A DNA stretch of 64,000 bases, taken from positions 97,030,001-97,094,000 of the forward strand of contig OX597820.1 in the NCBI GenBank assembly GCA_951406725.2. The letters are read 5' to 3'. Under the pieces are notes generated by a model. It did no database searches, was not told where the DNA came from, and saw only the letters and a program-made list of their open reading frames with translations. Source of the DNA: Octopus vulgaris. Lineage: Eukaryota. The position numbers and the translations under genes were made by a program. Below, piece after piece: positions 62,574 through 64,000 of this stretch (within the stretch, counting starts at the first letter, position 1; each line of letters begins with the position of its first letter).

Positions 62574-64000
62574 CTGCAAATAAAATGGAAAAATTTTTTC
62601 TTAGAGCAGAATTAGACAGTGCTTCAGATTACAAAAAGAACAGTCAAAACAATGTGCATGCATGTTAGGGAAAAAGTGAAAGTATTTTCTGTATTAGTCA
62701 TGGACACTAGTTGTTTGTTGAAGTGGTAGACACATTTTGAGAGGCCTAGCATTATTTTTCTGAAAACCTGCACTGAAGGAAGGAGTAAGGTCTTTATTCA
62801 ATGGAATAACAATGTTAATGTATACCAAGTCCCCATTAAAATACTGAGCACTTTGAACCAGCCAGGCTGGAATTCTAAAGCCAAAAATGTTTGGCTGCAT
62901 ACCACCAGCCTGGTATTCTGTTCTGCCATGAGATTCTGACATCTATCATTTTTCCAGTGACTTTCATGTGGATGCCAACGGTTAGGTAGGAGTGCACATC
63001 TGGCAGAGGCCAGGATTCAAATGTTTGAATCTACCAACTCAGAATTCCAGTGCCAACAGTATATTATCTTTCCAACAATTTTGATGCAAACATCTACAGT
63101 TGGGTACTGCATACCTGGCAAGGTGGGGATTGGTGGTCAGGGATCAAAGGATTGAGGAACATTGCATCACTCTTCCTCCTTTTTCTTCAATCTCCCTTTC
63201 ACTCCTTTCAAGTTGCATGTATATAAATATCTGTACATGCTTAACTCTTACACTCCAATCAGTCTGGTGTAAGGCTTGCTTTCATTTTATCTGTGTTATT
63301 TACTCAGATGAGACAGTACTAACACTCTCTGTAGGTCCATCTTTCTGGGTGACAACGATGCAATTGATTGATAGTTTTTTTGTTTGAAGTTTTTGTCTCA
63401 ATTTAATTGACTAATAGTCAATTCTTCTTCACCAAAACTTTTTGCCATCAGAGCCAGAAATCTTAAGGAGAATTTGAGAAACTATTTTTATTATTGTGAG
63501 AAAGGTGGCAAGCTGGCAGAATTGTTAGCATGCTGGATAATATACTTAGCAACATTTCTTCTAGTTTTATGTTCCGAGTTCAAATCCTGCCAAGGTTAAC
63601 TTTGCCTCTCGTCCTTTGAGAGTCAACAAAGCAAGTACGAGTTGAGCACTGGAGTTAATGTAATCAACTTACACCCTCTCCTCAAAATTCCTGGCCTTGT
63701 ACCAAAATTTGAAACCATTATTATTTTCATAAGTAGAAGAGTAAGTAGCAGAATTAGTAGAGGGCTAACAAAATACTTTGTTGTACTTAATTAGACCTCT
63801 TTATATTCTGAATTCAATTAACTACCAGGGCTGATCCTGTCTAAGTTATGTTAATAAAGACCTTTCAAAACATAGTCAAGAAGATTAAGACTCATACATA
63901 GAAAGCTTTACTTTTTCATTTTTCTACATTTAAGATCTGTTGAAGTATGCCAGTATGGGAAAACTGCTGAGGGTGACAATGTTCACACACGTGACATCTT

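Overview
Eukaryotic, AT-rich, repeat-dense genomic DNA. The SINE and microsatellite repertoire looks like an octopus (cephalopod) genome, which is my inference. The window holds one protein-coding host gene, a MAP kinase kinase of the MKK3/6 (MAP2K3/6, licorne) class on the minus strand. I reconstructed 8 coding exons with canonical GT-AG borders and consistent phases (62573 down to the stop at 16361); the first coding exon is probably beyond 64000. Bases 1-1.9 kb look like the 3' UTR of a convergent plus-strand neighbour. The rest is a layered transposon landscape: three tRNA-SINE groups, RTE and CR1 LINE 3' ends, an RTE endonuclease fragment, Helitron helicase and non-autonomous Helitrons, TTAA (piggyBac-type) MITEs, hAT and mariner elements, often nested. 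The most striking structure not explained by these is a set of fold-back elements, mostly sitting in (TA)n tracts. Several carry intact or decayed minimal hammerhead-ribozyme cores of the kind known from Penelope-like retroelements. Nearly all short ORFs in the supplied track are repeat-derived noise. No database searches were run; family names come from recognition and need confirming.
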